Shown: piece after piece, positions 50,115 through 63,340 of the stretch | Numbering within the stretch: the first letter of the stretch is position 1 | Layout of the letters: the number at the start of each line of letters is the position of its first letter | NCBI GenBank assembly: GCA_977017645.1 | Contig: OZ360234.1 | Location: 18,414,001-18,478,000 of the forward strand | Reading direction: 5' to 3' | Source: Torpedo marmorata | Lineage: Eukaryota | Length of the DNA stretch: 64,000 bases | Made by a program: the position numbers and the translations under genes | Notes under the pieces: model-generated | The model's database searches: none | Told to the model about the DNA's origin: nothing | The model's input: only the letters and a program-made list of their open reading frames with translations

Positions 50115-51702
50115 ATTAGAATCAGAATTTATTGTCATGAACAAGTCACGAAATTTGTTGTTTTGCAGCAGCATCACAGTGCAAACATTTATATAAACGC
50201 ATCTTACTAAAATAAGTAAAAATAGTGCACAAAATGTCAAAGTAAGGCAGTGTCTTTGGTTCATTGATTATTCAGGAATCTGATGGCAGTGGGGAAGAAG
50301 CTGTCCTTATGCCGTTGAGTGCTCGTCTTCAGGCTCCTGTACCTTTTTCCTGATGGTAGCAGAGTGAAGAGGGCATGTTCTAGGTGGTGGATGTCCTTGA
50401 GGATAGAGGCTGCTTTCTTAAGACACCGCCTCTTGTAGATGTCCTCGATGAAGTGAAGACTGGTGCCCGTGATGTCGCAGGCTGAATTAACAACCCTCTG
50501 GAGTTTTTTCTTGTCCTGAGCATTGACACCTCCATATCAGACTGTGATGCAACCAGCCAGAATGCTCTCCACGGTACACCTGTAGAAGTTTTCGAGAGTC
50601 TTCCATGACATACCGAATCTCCTTAAACACCTCACAAATTATAGTCGCTGGCAAGCCTTCTTCATGATTGCATTGACATGGAGGCTCCAGGACAGATCTG
50701 TGGAGATGTTGACGCCCAGGAATTTGAAGTTCTTGACCCTCTCCACTACTGAGCCCCCAATGAGGACTGGTTCATGTTCTCCTGACTTCCTCCTGAAGTG
50801 CACAATCATCTCCTTGGTTTTGCTAACATTGAGTGCAAGGTTGTTGGTGTGACACCACTCAACGAGCTGATCTATCTCCCTCCTGTTCGCTTCCTCGTTG
50901 CAGTTTGTGATTCTGCCGACAACCGTGGTGACATCGGCAAATTTGTAGATAGTATTGGAATTGTGCCTAGCCACACAGTCATGGGTGTATAGTGAGTAGA
51001 GCAGTGGGCTAAGCACGCAAACTTGAGGTGTGCCTGTGTTGATGGTCAGTGAGGAGGAGACGTTGTTTCTAATTCATACTGACTGTGGTCTTCTGATGAG
51101 GAAGTCAAGGATCCAGTTGCAGAGGGGGGTGCAGAGGTTTGGAACTTGTTGACCAGCACTGAGGAAATAATGGTGTTGAAGGTTGAGCTGTAGTCGATGA
51201 AGACCAGCCGTATGTATGCGTTGCTATTTTCTAGGTGATCCAGAGCCAGTGTTATTGCGTCTGCTGTGGAGTGATTGTGACGATAGACAAATTCCAGTGG
51301 ATCCAGTCCTTTGCTTAGGTACGTGTTAATTCTGGCCATGACTAACCTCTCAAAGCATTTCATCACAGTAGGCGTTAGTGTTACTGGGTAATAGTCCTTA
51401 AGGCAGCTCACTGTGCTCTTGGGCATCGGGATGATTGATGCCATTTTGAAGCAGATGGGAACCTCTGACTGCAGCAATGAGAGATTGAAAATGTCTGTGA
51501 ACACTCCGGCTAGTTGGTTGGCACAGATTTTCTGTACCCTGCCAGGTACGCTGTCAGGGCCTGACACCTTGTGAGGGTTCACTCTCTTGAATGTTGTTCT
51601 GACATCGGCCTCAGAGACAAATATCATAAGGTCCTCAGCCTTTGCAGGGATTCTCGTTGGGTTCTCCTTCTCAAAGTGGGCATCGACGGTGTTCAGCTCA
51701 TC
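50115..51702 (-). mobile_element. Rex1/Babar-like LINE fragment about 220 bp upstream of the 51926 exon
   Basis: ORFs 51046-51627 and 50639-51016 carry RT motifs. Close relative of the 10612 copy. Confidence 0.9.
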
Positions 51703-51925
51703 AGGTAATTAGCATATCAGTGATAAGTATTGTCTGCTTATTGCTGAAAGTAAGTAGTGTGGCAATGTTTCAGTGCATTTCATTTCAGAGTAATTCAATA
51801 TACAAGTACTTTACATGTGATTAAGAGCGATATAAATGCAAGTCTCTGAAAAGCTCCTGGATATGTTAGCCTTAATGTTTACCTAATCACTAAATGGCAT
51901 AATAATCTTAACTACTTCATTCCAG

Positions 51926-52018
51926 CAACGTCCAATGGGTCATACGAAGGTTTGGAGAACAGAAATGGTGGAGTGTGCAAAACTCGATCCATGAAAATAA
52001 TTATGAAAGTTGGACAAG
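51926..52018 (+). CDS. efnb1: Ephrin-B1 internal coding exon (equivalent to exon 3), end of the receptor-binding domain
   Basis: 93-nt exon bounded by ttcattccAG and GTaaac. It translates (x)[30 protein letters not shown](D), matching EFNB1 [30 protein letters not shown]. Phase 1/1. Confidence 0.95.
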
Positions 52019-54034
52019 GTAAACACTACATCTCTCTCCTCCTAATCATATGATATTTCCCTAAAGTGTGCTGCTAAATTCAGTACTGCAGTAATTTCTG
52101 TTAAAATATCACCAAGTCTGATAATTGATTCCAAAATTCAAAGTTCAACACAGTTTTTGCCTTTGGTGATGTGAGAAATGGCTCTGTTAACTGATGAGTT
52201 AACAGAATATTCAAAATATGAGCATTGAACAAATGAGAATGCCTGGGATCCCTCTTACAATATGCTCAGGATAGAATCTTGAAATTTAGTGTCTAATTAT
52301 TTTACTGATTACCTCTACCAAAGCATTTATGATCAAAGATTTTGTATTGCAATGATCTAACTGCACATTTGTACATGTATGTAACTAATTGCTATGTGTA
52401 TTTGTCTGTCTCTGTCCCGTTTTCTTTGACTGCTTGATTGATTCTTTGTCCAAGCCAATTCATTGGTACTTTTGCCATAGATGTGCTTTTATGCCTCTCC
52501 TATTTGTATGTGGCTGCATGTTTACATCTGTTCATGTTTCTGCCTACCCATGACTCTGAAGTTATTGGTATATTTGTCCATTTGTATCTCTGTAGCAATC
52601 TGTATCAGTTACAATGCTACTCCAGCAATTTACCTAAATTTAAACCCACTGATTTTTAATCTTCTTGCTAGGTATGAACCTTAATCTCTTTCCGGGCAGT
52701 TACTAATCTACAAAATGATTTTGTTCAATTTTTGTGTGCAACCCTGCATTGCAAATTATTTTCACAATGACACAGAGTAAACTCTGAGATTCAGTGACTC
52801 CTTAGTGGTTTGATAGAGAAGGAGAGAGTCTGTGTGAGAGAAGGAGTTTTAAGATAATTTTGTCTTTACCTCTCTGTGTGCATTAATTCTTGCTGGGGTG
52901 CTGTTCCAAGGATGTCAGCTTGTTCAGCCTTTTCCCCAAAGCAACACATACTATCCAACAAGCATTTGCATTACCAATTATAGGAGTAGCAAATCTCCTT
53001 TCAATAACCCTATTGCTAATTTTACATGACAACCAAACTAAAAATGTATCTTAAATATGGTGAATTTTGAAAACAAGTTAAGAGGCTCCTGGTTATAATC
53101 CCTGTATTGTTGATACTTGTTAATGCACACTAATGAAGCAATAACAGCAAAGCTAACATTTCTAGAAATTGGAGTTTTTAACTATTATAGTCACAGAACG
53201 ATGCAGCCACAGTTTTGAAACACCTTATTAAATGTGCTTTCTTACACTTACGATTAGCATATCCAAGAAGCCCAACAGTGAAGCAAATCACATCTTCTAC
53301 CCAACTCAAATCTGCCAGTTCCCAGGTTTTTGCAGCAATGCTGGATGGAAGGACTGATCCTTGCCTCTGCAGCTGCCAGAAAAACCCTTTCCTTAATGCT
53401 GTCAAACATGTCATGGTCATAAAGTCATAAAGAGTGCAGCACAGAGGATGATGCATTTGGTATCAAGACCACTCATGTCCCTTCTAGCCACACAAAAGAA
53501 TTCCAGCCAACCTCCAGCCTGAGCTTCTCAAATTTCATGTTTCCCTAATCCCCGCCTAACTCTCGATTCATTCAGCACTGGACATGCTGCTTGACCAGAA
53601 AGGTAGCTAATATTAAAATGCAGTTCATCCCTCAATATGGCTTGGATCTCTTTGCAGGAAGTTCAGTTAGTTTGCCTACCAGAGAAAGTAAGAGAAGTGG
53701 GTGAGAATCCTAATGTCAGGATACTTTTGAGATCATGAGGTTAGACTCTGACTAGACCATACTCTTGGGTCATTCATATCAGTGCTTTGTTTTGGTTATC
53801 TGTCGTAGGTAGTACAGTTGTTAATCTGAATGCTGGACTAGGATCTAAACTTGGATCCTCACATTATAGGATGCTTTCATTGCTTTTTTCCCCCCTCTGG
53901 CAGTCACCCTGTTCTTATTCCTCCATAGAAATGAACAAGTTATAAACCAATATTTTTTAAAAATGGGAAAATAAGTTGCTTTTTGAGAGGCTTTCCTTTC
54001 AAATTTCCCAACTTTTCGCTAAGTGACAGCATTT

Positions 54035-54148
54035 CAAAACGTACCGGGGGTGTAGGTTAATTGGGTGTAAATTGGGCGGCATGGACTCGTGAGCTGAAAT
54101 GGCCTGTTACCGTGCTGTAAGTCTAAATTTAAAAAAAAAAAAAAAAAA
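54035..54148 (+). mobile_element. V-SINE 3' fragment with A-rich tail
   Basis: gtaggttaattgggtgtaa...ggcctgttaccgtgctgta then poly(A). Confidence 0.65.
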
Positions 54149-54304
54149 TTTCCAGGATCCAAGGTCCACTGCTCTTCATCTCGGCACTGATGCTATATGC
54201 AGTAAACTCACTTTTCGCTTGACACCTTGATGTTAACCGACAACTCTGCACTGAAGTCCCAAGCAGCAGTTGAAGTCAGTAATTTCCATCTCCCTTCCAT
54301 TCAG

Positions 54305-54436
54305 ATCCAAACACAAGACCACCGTTGAAAGAAAGAAATCCTACCAAAGCTCCAGGTAAAGGCCAGGACAACACCATGAAGAACGTTGACTCCCTCTGGA
54401 AAGAGTCATCTTCAGAAGAGAAATCTGGGAACACAG
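54305..54436 (+). CDS. efnb1: Ephrin-B1 coding exon (equivalent to exon 4), extracellular linker
   Basis: Pyrimidine tract plus ttcAG acceptor and acag|GTgagg donor. 132 nt, open in phase with both neighbouring exons: DPNTRPPLKERNPTKAPGKGQDNTMKNVDSLWKESSSEEKSGNT. The DPN start and DNTMK correspond to EFNB1 DPN...DNTVK. Confidence 0.85.
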
Positions 54437-54960
54437 GTGAGGAAGAGATAGACTACTAGGATATCTTTCCATAATTCTCTTTACTGAAGGTAAAAATAAT
54501 GCCAGAGAAAAGGCAAATAGATTGAAATTACACCTCTGAACTTTAGGTTTGTATCCAATCCAGACCAATGTGATATCTGGAATAATTTTCTAATTTCATG
54601 CTTCTCAGAGAATGATGCTCCATACTACTAATTAAAATTATCATAGAATTTAACAGAGCACACGTCCAAATATTTGATGAAGTTAGCAGGAATTCAGAAA
54701 AGTATTCCTGAAGACTCTGTCAATCTTAATTTAATAATAATATCCTTCACCTTTTTGAGAATCCACCCTAAAGAAAAGACTAAAAAGTGAAGGCCACTCT
54801 CCGCTTTTCTTCAAAGATTTTGTGTATTGATCAGGCTTTTTAGTTAGATCTTCCCCCTTCCACGTTGTTTGAAACAGAACTGAATCTATCACTGTCTTGT
54901 GGAATGCCTTTGGGGGAGCAGGAGTTTGGAATCAGGCTGCAGGAAGATTGTTTCCTTGAC

Positions 54961-55066
54961 TAAAAAACACAAATGCTGGAGAAACTCAGCAGGTCAAACA
55001 GTGTCTTTTATGTAGCAAAGGTAGAAATACATAACCGACGTTTCGGGCTTGAGCCCTTCATCAAAC
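54961..55066 (-). mobile_element. Penelope-like terminal fragment, about 105 bp
   Basis: Almost identical to the first ~105 nt of the 32933 and 25659 copies. Confidence 0.85.
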
Positions 55067-56102
55067 TAGTCTATCGTATCCATTATCAAACCTTGCATGA
55101 AGCAGCTGAATTCAAACAGGATGTTCACCTTCCCCCTTGTGAATTTTGAGCCAGTGCCCCTGGATATAAAGTTAATTACATCAAACAATTCATTCTGTAC
55201 CCTTTAAAATAATCAATGGAGTTGGTGTTCACAGTTCTCTCAGTGTCCCTAGTTTTTCGAATGTCAGATACAACTTATGGATATTACCCAGACTGAAAAG
55301 GACTAAGAGAGGTTATGTTTATGTGCAGAACTGTTTGCATGGCATCTTTCATATTCTCAGTATGTTCCTTGCCTGTTTACAAAGAGTTCATGGACAATAA
55401 GTAACCCTTGTGTGTTATTTCTGTTGTTTAAGATCCAAGTTTTTACAATAGTCTTGCAAACAGCAAATGAGATGAATGCTTAGTTAGCTTTTTGTAGGCA
55501 TTGATAAAGCTAATTATAAGTGTCAAGGCAGTTTTAAAGAGAGAAAAAGCTGAAAAGTGGTATGTGAGGAATGGGAGCAGGAGTAGCCATTGGTTGAAAT
55601 TGCCGTTGTTCAATCTAAATGCGAACTTTGTGAAAGATTTTAGGAAATGGTGAGACAAAAGAAAAGTTCCAGTAGGTAACGGAGTGTAAATTTTATTATC
55701 TTCCCCACTTCCCAAGCGCAGGATTCTCATTGGTAAATGTCCTTCTTGCAAAACCTCCTTCATTTTCCTGCCACTTATTTCAACAGATTGAAAAATAAGG
55801 TAGGATGTGTCAAGGTTGTCCAGTTCTCTCTAATGATTTTGCTCTAAACAAATGTTGCCAGTTCGTGACTCAAGGTTCCCGTTTTCCCTCTTTGTGAGGT
55901 GGGTGACTGAATTGTGCATTACCCTGTGCTGATGGAAACCACCCTGACCTCCATTCAGCTTAAATCCAGACACTGAGTGCAAGCAGGCTTTTCAAACGCG
56001 GTGTAGTGATCTTCATCCCTCCAGGAAAATCCTGCACATGTTATAGAATAGAAATTAGGAATTAGAATCTTAGTTCATTTGAGGCTTTTTATTCTTTACT
56101 TG

Positions 56103-56342
56103 AGCATCATGGTTAGCGCAGCAGTTAGCGCAACACTGTCATGGCGCCAGCGACCTGAGTTCGAATCTGGCGCTGTCTGTAACGAGTTTGTATGTTCTCC
56201 CCATGACTGCGTGGGTTTCCTCTAGGTGCTCCGGTTTCCTCCCATACTCCAAAACATACGAGGTTGTAGGTTATTTTGGATTTATTTGGGTGGCACGGGT
56301 TTAAATGGCCGGAATCGGCTTCTATCGTGCTGTAAATAAAAT
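56103..56342 (+). mobile_element. tRNA-derived V-domain SINE (HE1-like)
   Basis: tggttagcgcagcagttagc A box, gagttcgaatc B box, V-domain gcgtgggtttcctctaggtgctccggtttcctccca. Confidence 0.8.
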
Positions 56343-56923
56343 GTTAAAAAATTTAAGATCATTTGAAGAACATTTGCAGCCCCACAAACTAAGATCACTT
56401 AGCTCAACATACAGCAGGTAGAAGAATTAATTTGAACATCTCTTAATGAACCATATACAGGGCAGGACTGAATTAAAATCTGGGTTGATACATTTTGCCC
56501 ACATTCAAAGCATAGGAAATTACCACTTTGCGTATAGATTAGGTTGCACTAGTTTTCGTTTTGGCAGGAGTAGATTCTCATAGGCTCATACTGGAGTGCA
56601 GTAGACTGAAAGCTTCCTTAACAAATTAATTTTGCAGCTATTGATTCTGCAGCACCCTTCTTGCTTGTCATTAAACAAGCCAATGCTAATAATGTCTAAA
56701 AGGGAAATACTCCAGAAACAAATGATAGTAATTAAAAATTTAGAGCCACTTCATCAGCATTCCCTTTGTGCTGTTATTTGTTTTGCATCTGTCTTGCTCT
56801 CTTTGTCTTTCACTTTCTAATTTATGTATTGAATTGAACTTATTTAGAATTATCCCTCACAGCTTCACATGGGAATCATTTAGATTTTTGATTTGGTCTA
56901 CTCTCCCCTTCCCTATCAATCTG

Positions 56924-57054
56924 TTTTACAAATCATTGTCCCTTTGAAGATGCCCAGGCATTCAAGGGCTCAATAACTCTGTCTGTGTTTTTTTACAAAC
57001 CCATTGTCCCTTTGGAGGCCCAGGCATTCATGGGTTCAATAATTGTGTCTGTGT
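56924..57054 (+). repeat. Imperfect direct duplication, two copies of about 65 bp
   Basis: ttttacaaa..cattgtccctttg..gcccaggcattca.ggg.tcaataa...tgtctgtgt occurs twice. Confidence 0.8.
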
Positions 57055-57649
57055 GTGTCATAACTTGAAGGCTCAATTCTCAATATGTCCACTATACTCC
57101 CTCCTGTTGAGAAGGTGTGAGTTAGCATCGTGTGGAGTGCTAAACTGTTTAAGATTAGTAAATTTTGACAACAATACACCATTCCCTCTTTTATCCTCCA
57201 CTTCTGTCTGTGTCACATTTGAAGCCCTGATGGACGGCATCCACATCACAATGTCCACCGTGCAGACAATTCACTTGTTTGTTGACGTTGTAACATTTAA
57301 TCTGAGTGAGTGAGGACATCGTTGTGCTGTACCCCAGCTCAGGTACAGGGTGAACAATCCACGCACATTTGCCGGCTGCTTCACTTCTGCAGGAAATACA
57401 AGAAACAAACAGAAACAAAATCAGAGAGAGTTAGAACATGCTCTCTTCAAAATTATTTGGTGACAAGCAGATTCAACGACTCCATATCCTTGATATTTCT
57501 GCCATTTTGTCCTTCCCAAAAATCCAAACCAAAGGTGCTGTTTAGTAAAGCTTTGCTTTGCCTTGATGATTTTGTGGGCATTAGCCTTAAGCAATTCTTG
57601 AATTGAACAAAAACACTGATGATGACCCAAAAAAACTCACTTTCTCCCT

Positions 57650-58278
57650 TTTCTTTTTTTTTTATTTTTAAAAATATTTTATTTTTCATTTTCAGAAAGT
57701 TTCACAAAACATTAATAAACTATCACAAAATTACACAAATTTCAAACGTATCAAGTACAGAATACATTACACCCCTTATCCCTCCCTTCCCCACCCAAAA
57801 AGAATAAATCCGAGACAAAAGAGAAAGAAAAGGAAAGACTAAACGTACCGTCAGTGCTTACAACATTTTTTTCCAAGTATTTGGGAATGCCACACCCTTA
57901 AAATAATTATACATTACAGTATACCATACCTCAGGGGTTTGCTTACAACTGAGCACCAATGTGCGCCAAGTACGGTTGCCACACTTTGAGGGGCGCTGGA
58001 CAACGTAGTGACCCTCTGTCTGCCTTACGGTAGACAAAAATTAAAGAATTTCATGTATGTTACATTCTAAATATAGTATTACGTGACAATAATGGAACCT
58101 TTACCTTTACCAAAGTTATCATACTTATTTCTAAGACTATATGTAATTTTTTCCATGGGGATACAGCTGTACATTTCCGTAGACCATCGAGTGATGAGAA
58201 GGGGAGAGTCGGACTTCCAAGTAACTGCGATGCATTTTTTTGCTATGGACAGAGCAAATTTTACAAATTGAATTTGGA
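57650..58278 (-). mobile_element. L1-clade LINE 3' fragment, interrupted by a SINE tail
   Basis: Minus strand reads FVKFALSIAKKCIAVTWKSDSP...MEKITYSLRNKYDNF..KVWQPYL (ORF2 C-terminus). Antisense poly(A) near 57650. Confidence 0.75.
57987..58111 (+). mobile_element. 5S-SINE family, tail-only (5'-truncated) copy
   Basis: tgaggggcgctggac...gtgacaataatggaacctttacctttac is the reverse complement of the tails at 19026 and 42867. Confidence 0.88.
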
Positions 58279-58339
58279 ATTTAGATTATCTGTTGCTTAT
58301 GTCCATTAGGTTTACTTTCTCCCTTTTCTTTTTCCACAG

Positions 58340-58725
58340 CTAACGATAGTCAGATCAAAGACAAGCTGAACAACAGCGAAGGAATCTTTGGTTCCAAAAT
58401 GGCACTCTTCGCTGCAATTGGAGCAGGATGCGTCATTTTTATCCTCATCATCATCTTCCTTGTGGTTCTCTTAATAAAATTTAGAAAGCGACATAGAAAG
58501 AGTTCCCAGCAGAGGTCAGCAGTCCTTTCCCTCAACACGTTGGCCAGCCCAAAGTGTAGTGGAAATAGTGGCTCAGAACCCAGTGACATCATAATCCCGC
58601 TGAGGACTAACGACAACAACTACTGTCCTCACTATGAAAAGGTTAGCGGTGACTACGGTCATCCAGTGTATATCGTTCAAGAGATGCCTCCACAGAGCCC
58701 TGCAAATATCTACTATAAGGTTTGA
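58340..58725 (+). CDS. efnb1: Ephrin-B1 terminal coding exon: transmembrane helix, cytoplasmic tail, PDZ-binding motif
   Basis: Acceptor cccttttctttttccacAG. Translation includes [33 protein letters not shown] and [49 protein letters not shown]-stop. The ALFAAxGAGC and LRTxxNNYCPHY segments are B1-type rather than B2/B3. Confidence 0.97.
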
Positions 58726-61700
58726 CAGACAAGACCCTTAAGAGAATTTGGAGTATTGCCTGGCCTGCTTAATGATATCTAAAGCTTCTCCTGAAACGAA
58801 CATACTTCCCATATACAAAATGCTTCTGGGAGAGTGTAGATAAAACTATATCAGTGGCCATCAAGGAAGGTTTCAGTATTAAGTTCAGCAAACTTGAGTT
58901 TCTAAAAAAAAAAAGAGAAAAAAAAGAAAAAAAAAGAAAAGTGGAAGATTACTTTTTTTTTGTTCCTGAGGAGGCTGAACAATGACTGATAGGCCAGGAT
59001 CTTGACTCCTTTGCTTTGTTTTTTCATACAGCCAGTCCCTTAGTATGTAAAAGCCTTGAAAGAGGGAGGAACATGCAACATCTCTCCCTCTTCTATCTTC
59101 TATTTCAAAATGCGAGTAAGGTTTGAAAAGAAGCAAGAAGATGAAAGCCTCTGTTTTGAGTTGTGTGGAGAAGCCTTCGTTTAAATGCCAAACTGGAGAC
59201 ACCTCCAAACAGACTGAAGATTACAAAGCAGTTGGTTCTCTGTGCCACAGGGGACTTGGAGCTGCTTCAAATATTTTTTTTGAACTCCAACTGCTCAGGT
59301 GATGAGACTTGCGACGCAAAAACTCTTGATGTGGGTGGGGTTGGGGGTGCAGGGGGAAAAGAACATTACATGTTTTATTTGCTTGCTCATTTGAGTTTTC
59401 CCCCCCACTGCATCTTGTTTCTCAACTTTTGATTAAATGATATGTTTTTGATGTATTGTGATCTATGTAAATTATAAACATACTTATCAATCTATTAGTT
59501 TATATACAAATCCAGCTTTTACCTTTATCCGATTCCTTTTTAAAAAAAATATTTTGTCAAGAAATGCTTCAGTGATTAGCAAAGAAATGCCAGATGAACT
59601 TTGACAATTGGGGCATAATTGATTGCTATTTGGTCTTTTTAAGGTTAGCCTAGTTAATGTCCAGCCTAGGATTTGTACTTGTCTTGTTGGGGTTGACCAG
59701 TTGGTCTCAGCTTGCCCAGTAGAGGTGTGCAGGAAAGGATCAACCTCCAGGAATGCAGTATTAGCTGATCACACTCTGCCATTCAGTCTATGAAATACTG
59801 AGTTACAATTTTGCCTTCTGTTTCAAATTGTGAAATGGCAGGTCAATTTTAAAGGAGAAAGATATTTACATTTTTTCTGCCTCGGTATCATCACAGGGCC
59901 CATTGTAATGCACATTTGTGCAGCCTCCAGATGTGCTGACAGTCTCTCTGGTTGGGAATGCACTTCCTAATTCTGAATTTGCTTACAAGCACCCAAAATG
60001 AGCAGGAATTAGTCTCTACCAACTAGTTGGAGACAGCTGGTTCTTCATCACCTTTAAGAAATTTTCATCAAGTCGATATGAAGGGCATCAAGCTCATGGG
60101 ATGGAGGGAATGCCACCAGGCCTGGTGTTATGAAAGACTGAATCAAAATGGGAGCTCTTTTATTACATTTTAGACCAATGGGCAAGTATTTGAGCCTGAC
60201 CAGCTCTGTTGGTTTCTTGCAATTACAGCAGAAACTGCTTGGTAGCCCTTTGAACTTTCAGTAAAACAATGATGATAGGAGATTGTTCAATGGCTCAGTA
60301 GGAAATTTAGTTTCACATTTCAAAATCAGTTGATTCTTCTTTCCATTTTCCCACCTATTGAGAAAGTTTAATGTCATACATAAAATAAATAAAACTTCAG
60401 CTTGTCCATCAAACATCTTTCTCTGCTGCAACATTTGTGTGTCTTAGTTTACTATGTTTGGTTCCAAACTGGTCTTCCTTTAATTATTTCCCTTGTTTCA
60501 AATGCTTAGTCCAGCACAAATGATCTCTCCTCCTCATCCACCCTCTCCCGTCTTCTGCCTTCTTATCATCTTAAAAAAAACTTGTAACTTGATTGCCACA
60601 TAACCAATCACATCACTTGGAGTTGAGAGGGATATGGTGGTTTGATTGTGATTGGAATGATGTGTTGATCTCTCAGATGATAAGAAAATCTCTGAAAATG
60701 TTTCTGCCCCACTTTTTTTGTCAGAAAATTATGATCTATCAAAGCAAATAACTGGCATATCAAGGAAGGATATTGAGCATGTAACGGGTCTCCAATGCAA
60801 GCATTCCTTTCTTACTCATTGTGCATTTTCAATATTATATTACATTCATTTCTAATTGTAAATGTACACTTAATTTTTTCCAGTTGTTCATTTAAGTTTG
60901 ATAGTATCCAATATTAAAAAAGCAGTAACAAAATAACACCCAAGCAGTATAAGAAAATGGAAAAAATTGGATCAATTAATTGATAGTGTACATAATAATA
61001 TTGTCTATGTATCGTAGCATTGGAATATTCAGTGAAGGTCTGAAAAAACATTAAAAATAATGAGAGAAAAATCCTTAGCAGATGACAGAGTCAATAGCAG
61101 AAGCCAAAAGTCTTCTTCCTTTCCCTTCTGAGAAAATTTAGGCTAACATTCTGCACTCTGTAGAAGGTTTGACCAAATTTTCTGGGAAGACAGTGCTGTA
61201 TGAAAATGAAGAAAGAAAAGGAAAATTTGGCTTGGGGCAATCAGCGTACCTGGAGGCACTGCCAATAAGATAACCAGCTAAGTTACTGCATTTGATAAAG
61301 CATTCCAATTAGAACCACGCTCTAAAGATCATACTCAAGAGGCAAAGTCTACATTGTTGTGGGTTAAAAATAGGCTGAGGACCTCCGCCAGAGAGACCAG
61401 AGTAAGTATGTTCTTTTCAAAAGTATTTAGCAAGTACAGCAAAGATTAGAATATTCTTTAAAAAGTTCTGAGTCATGTTTTATTTATGGAGATGATGTCT
61501 GAGTTGGGTTCTAAAATGTGTCCAGAATTGAACCATTGAAAAGGATACTGTCTGCTCTCTGATTCAATCAGTTTCAGATAAAAGTCTACTTTGAAAAATC
61601 TTGATTAATAACAGGTTTGAAAGGGTTTATACACGACTGTGATTCCTATCCTGATGCAATAGATACTGTTGGGCTCATTTGTTCTTAGGCAAGGTGATGC

Positions 61701-63100
61701 ATTTGATTGGCTGAATGACAAAAATTTAGTGAATGAAAAGCAATTCATAAACACCCGTTCCTTACAGCCACAGCTGGTATAAGGCAACGCGGAGATACAA
61801 CATTGCTATACACATCTGGACAAAGATACAATATCGAGTGAAACAGACCTACAGATACATGTGCAGAAGCAAACTGCACACCTGCAGATGCACATATAAA
61901 CATTCACATACAAGAGTATCACATGGACTAACACTATTGCTGACATGGGTATAGAGAAGTACTTCTGCACATTACGTGTCCATGAAGATGAGGTCTGTAC
62001 ACATGACTATATGGAGAATGGGTTGATGTGGTTTTCTACATCCATATCCAGACAATTACTCCCTGCCGTCCAGTGGTTAGAGCAACCAACAATGACTCAA
62101 GGGAATGAGGCTATCCTGACTGATGAGTAAATTGAGTCAGTTGAGCCAATTCTCAGTGACACAAAATGACGAAGTGATTACAATCGCACTTCACATGAAC
62201 AGAAGTACATTTTCCATTGCATAACACTAAGAAACAATACACAATTGAATTCCTGGGCTTTGCTATCTCAATGTAAAATAAGTGAGAATTATGTTTACAA
62301 ATTTGGACCCAGTTCTACAGACTGGATTATTCATTGTGTTTTAATTGTCTGCATTTACTATAATTTGAATAATTTAGGGCTTTTGTTAAATCCTATTTAA
62401 ACCCTTTCCCTCTACCCCAAGCTTCATTATAAACACTTTTGTAAATGAGAGGCAGACTTGGGGGTCCCAGGATGTGTGGTTTTTTTTTTAAAAAGGAAAG
62501 AGATCAATGCATTTTGTGTGTGTTTTATTCAATTATTGCCCTTCCTCCATTTCTACCCTGGAGTGCATCTTGTGATTTAAAATTCTCCTTAATGGTAATC
62601 CAGCTGAGATGAGGAATTTCATATTAAAACAGACACTTCTCCCACACGATGTGATCTGCCTGGAGGTTTCCTAACCTGCCAAATTTAAAATGCCGCAAGC
62701 TAGAAGTTTTCAGATCTGAGTTGGGTTGAGGGAACTTTGAGAACGTCACTGTATCCACAAAAGTGTTCCATTTGATGCAAGCATTTAATTCCCCCTCTGC
62801 TCTTCCTTTATCCTATGTCCACATCTACATGAAATGAAAACCCATTGCAGCCCTTTCTCCTTTGTCTCATTCTTTCTCATTATTTAAAAGTTAGAATCCA
62901 TTACTTTCTTCCAACCATCATTTGCCAATCCCTAGATTTTAGAAATTATGTATAACGTCACTATTTATGTTTATTTATTTTGCCTTCTCTATCTGACATA
63001 TATGACATTTGAAATGTGATTATTGGCCTTTACCTATTTTCCACGAAACTTAAGTTATGAAAAGAATCATCCTTGGCAATATCCAAACATAATTTAATAT
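58726..63100 (+). other. Probable long efnb1 3' UTR / downstream unique sequence
   Basis: Follows the stop codon. No transposon recognised for about 4.4 kb, AU-rich tracts, AATAAA near 60385-60394. True 3' end not determinable. Confidence 0.5.
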
Positions 63101-63104
63101 TTTA

Positions 63105-63340
63105 AAATTTAGACATACAGCACGGTAAAAGGCCCTTTTGGCCCATGAGCCGATGCCGCCCAATTACATCCAATTAACCTACAGCGCCGGTACACTTTGA
63201 ACGGTGGAAGGAATCCGAAGCACCCAGAGGAAACCCACGCAGACACAGGGAGAACATGCAAACTCCTTACAGACAGCGGTGGATTCGAACCCAGGTCTCT
63301 GGCGCTGTAACAGCATTGTGTTAACCAAGCCGCCCCGTGC
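63105..63340 (-). mobile_element. tRNA-derived V-domain SINE (HE1-like)
   Basis: Minus strand: gggttcgaatcc B box, gtttgcatgttctccctgtgtctgcgtgggtttcctctgggtgc V-domain, and CR1-like tail. Confidence 0.82.

Noticed and set aside
58399-58725. Stand-alone 108-aa protein from ATG 58399
   Set aside because: The ATG is internal to the last efnb1 exon, whose frame is open from the acceptor at 58340.
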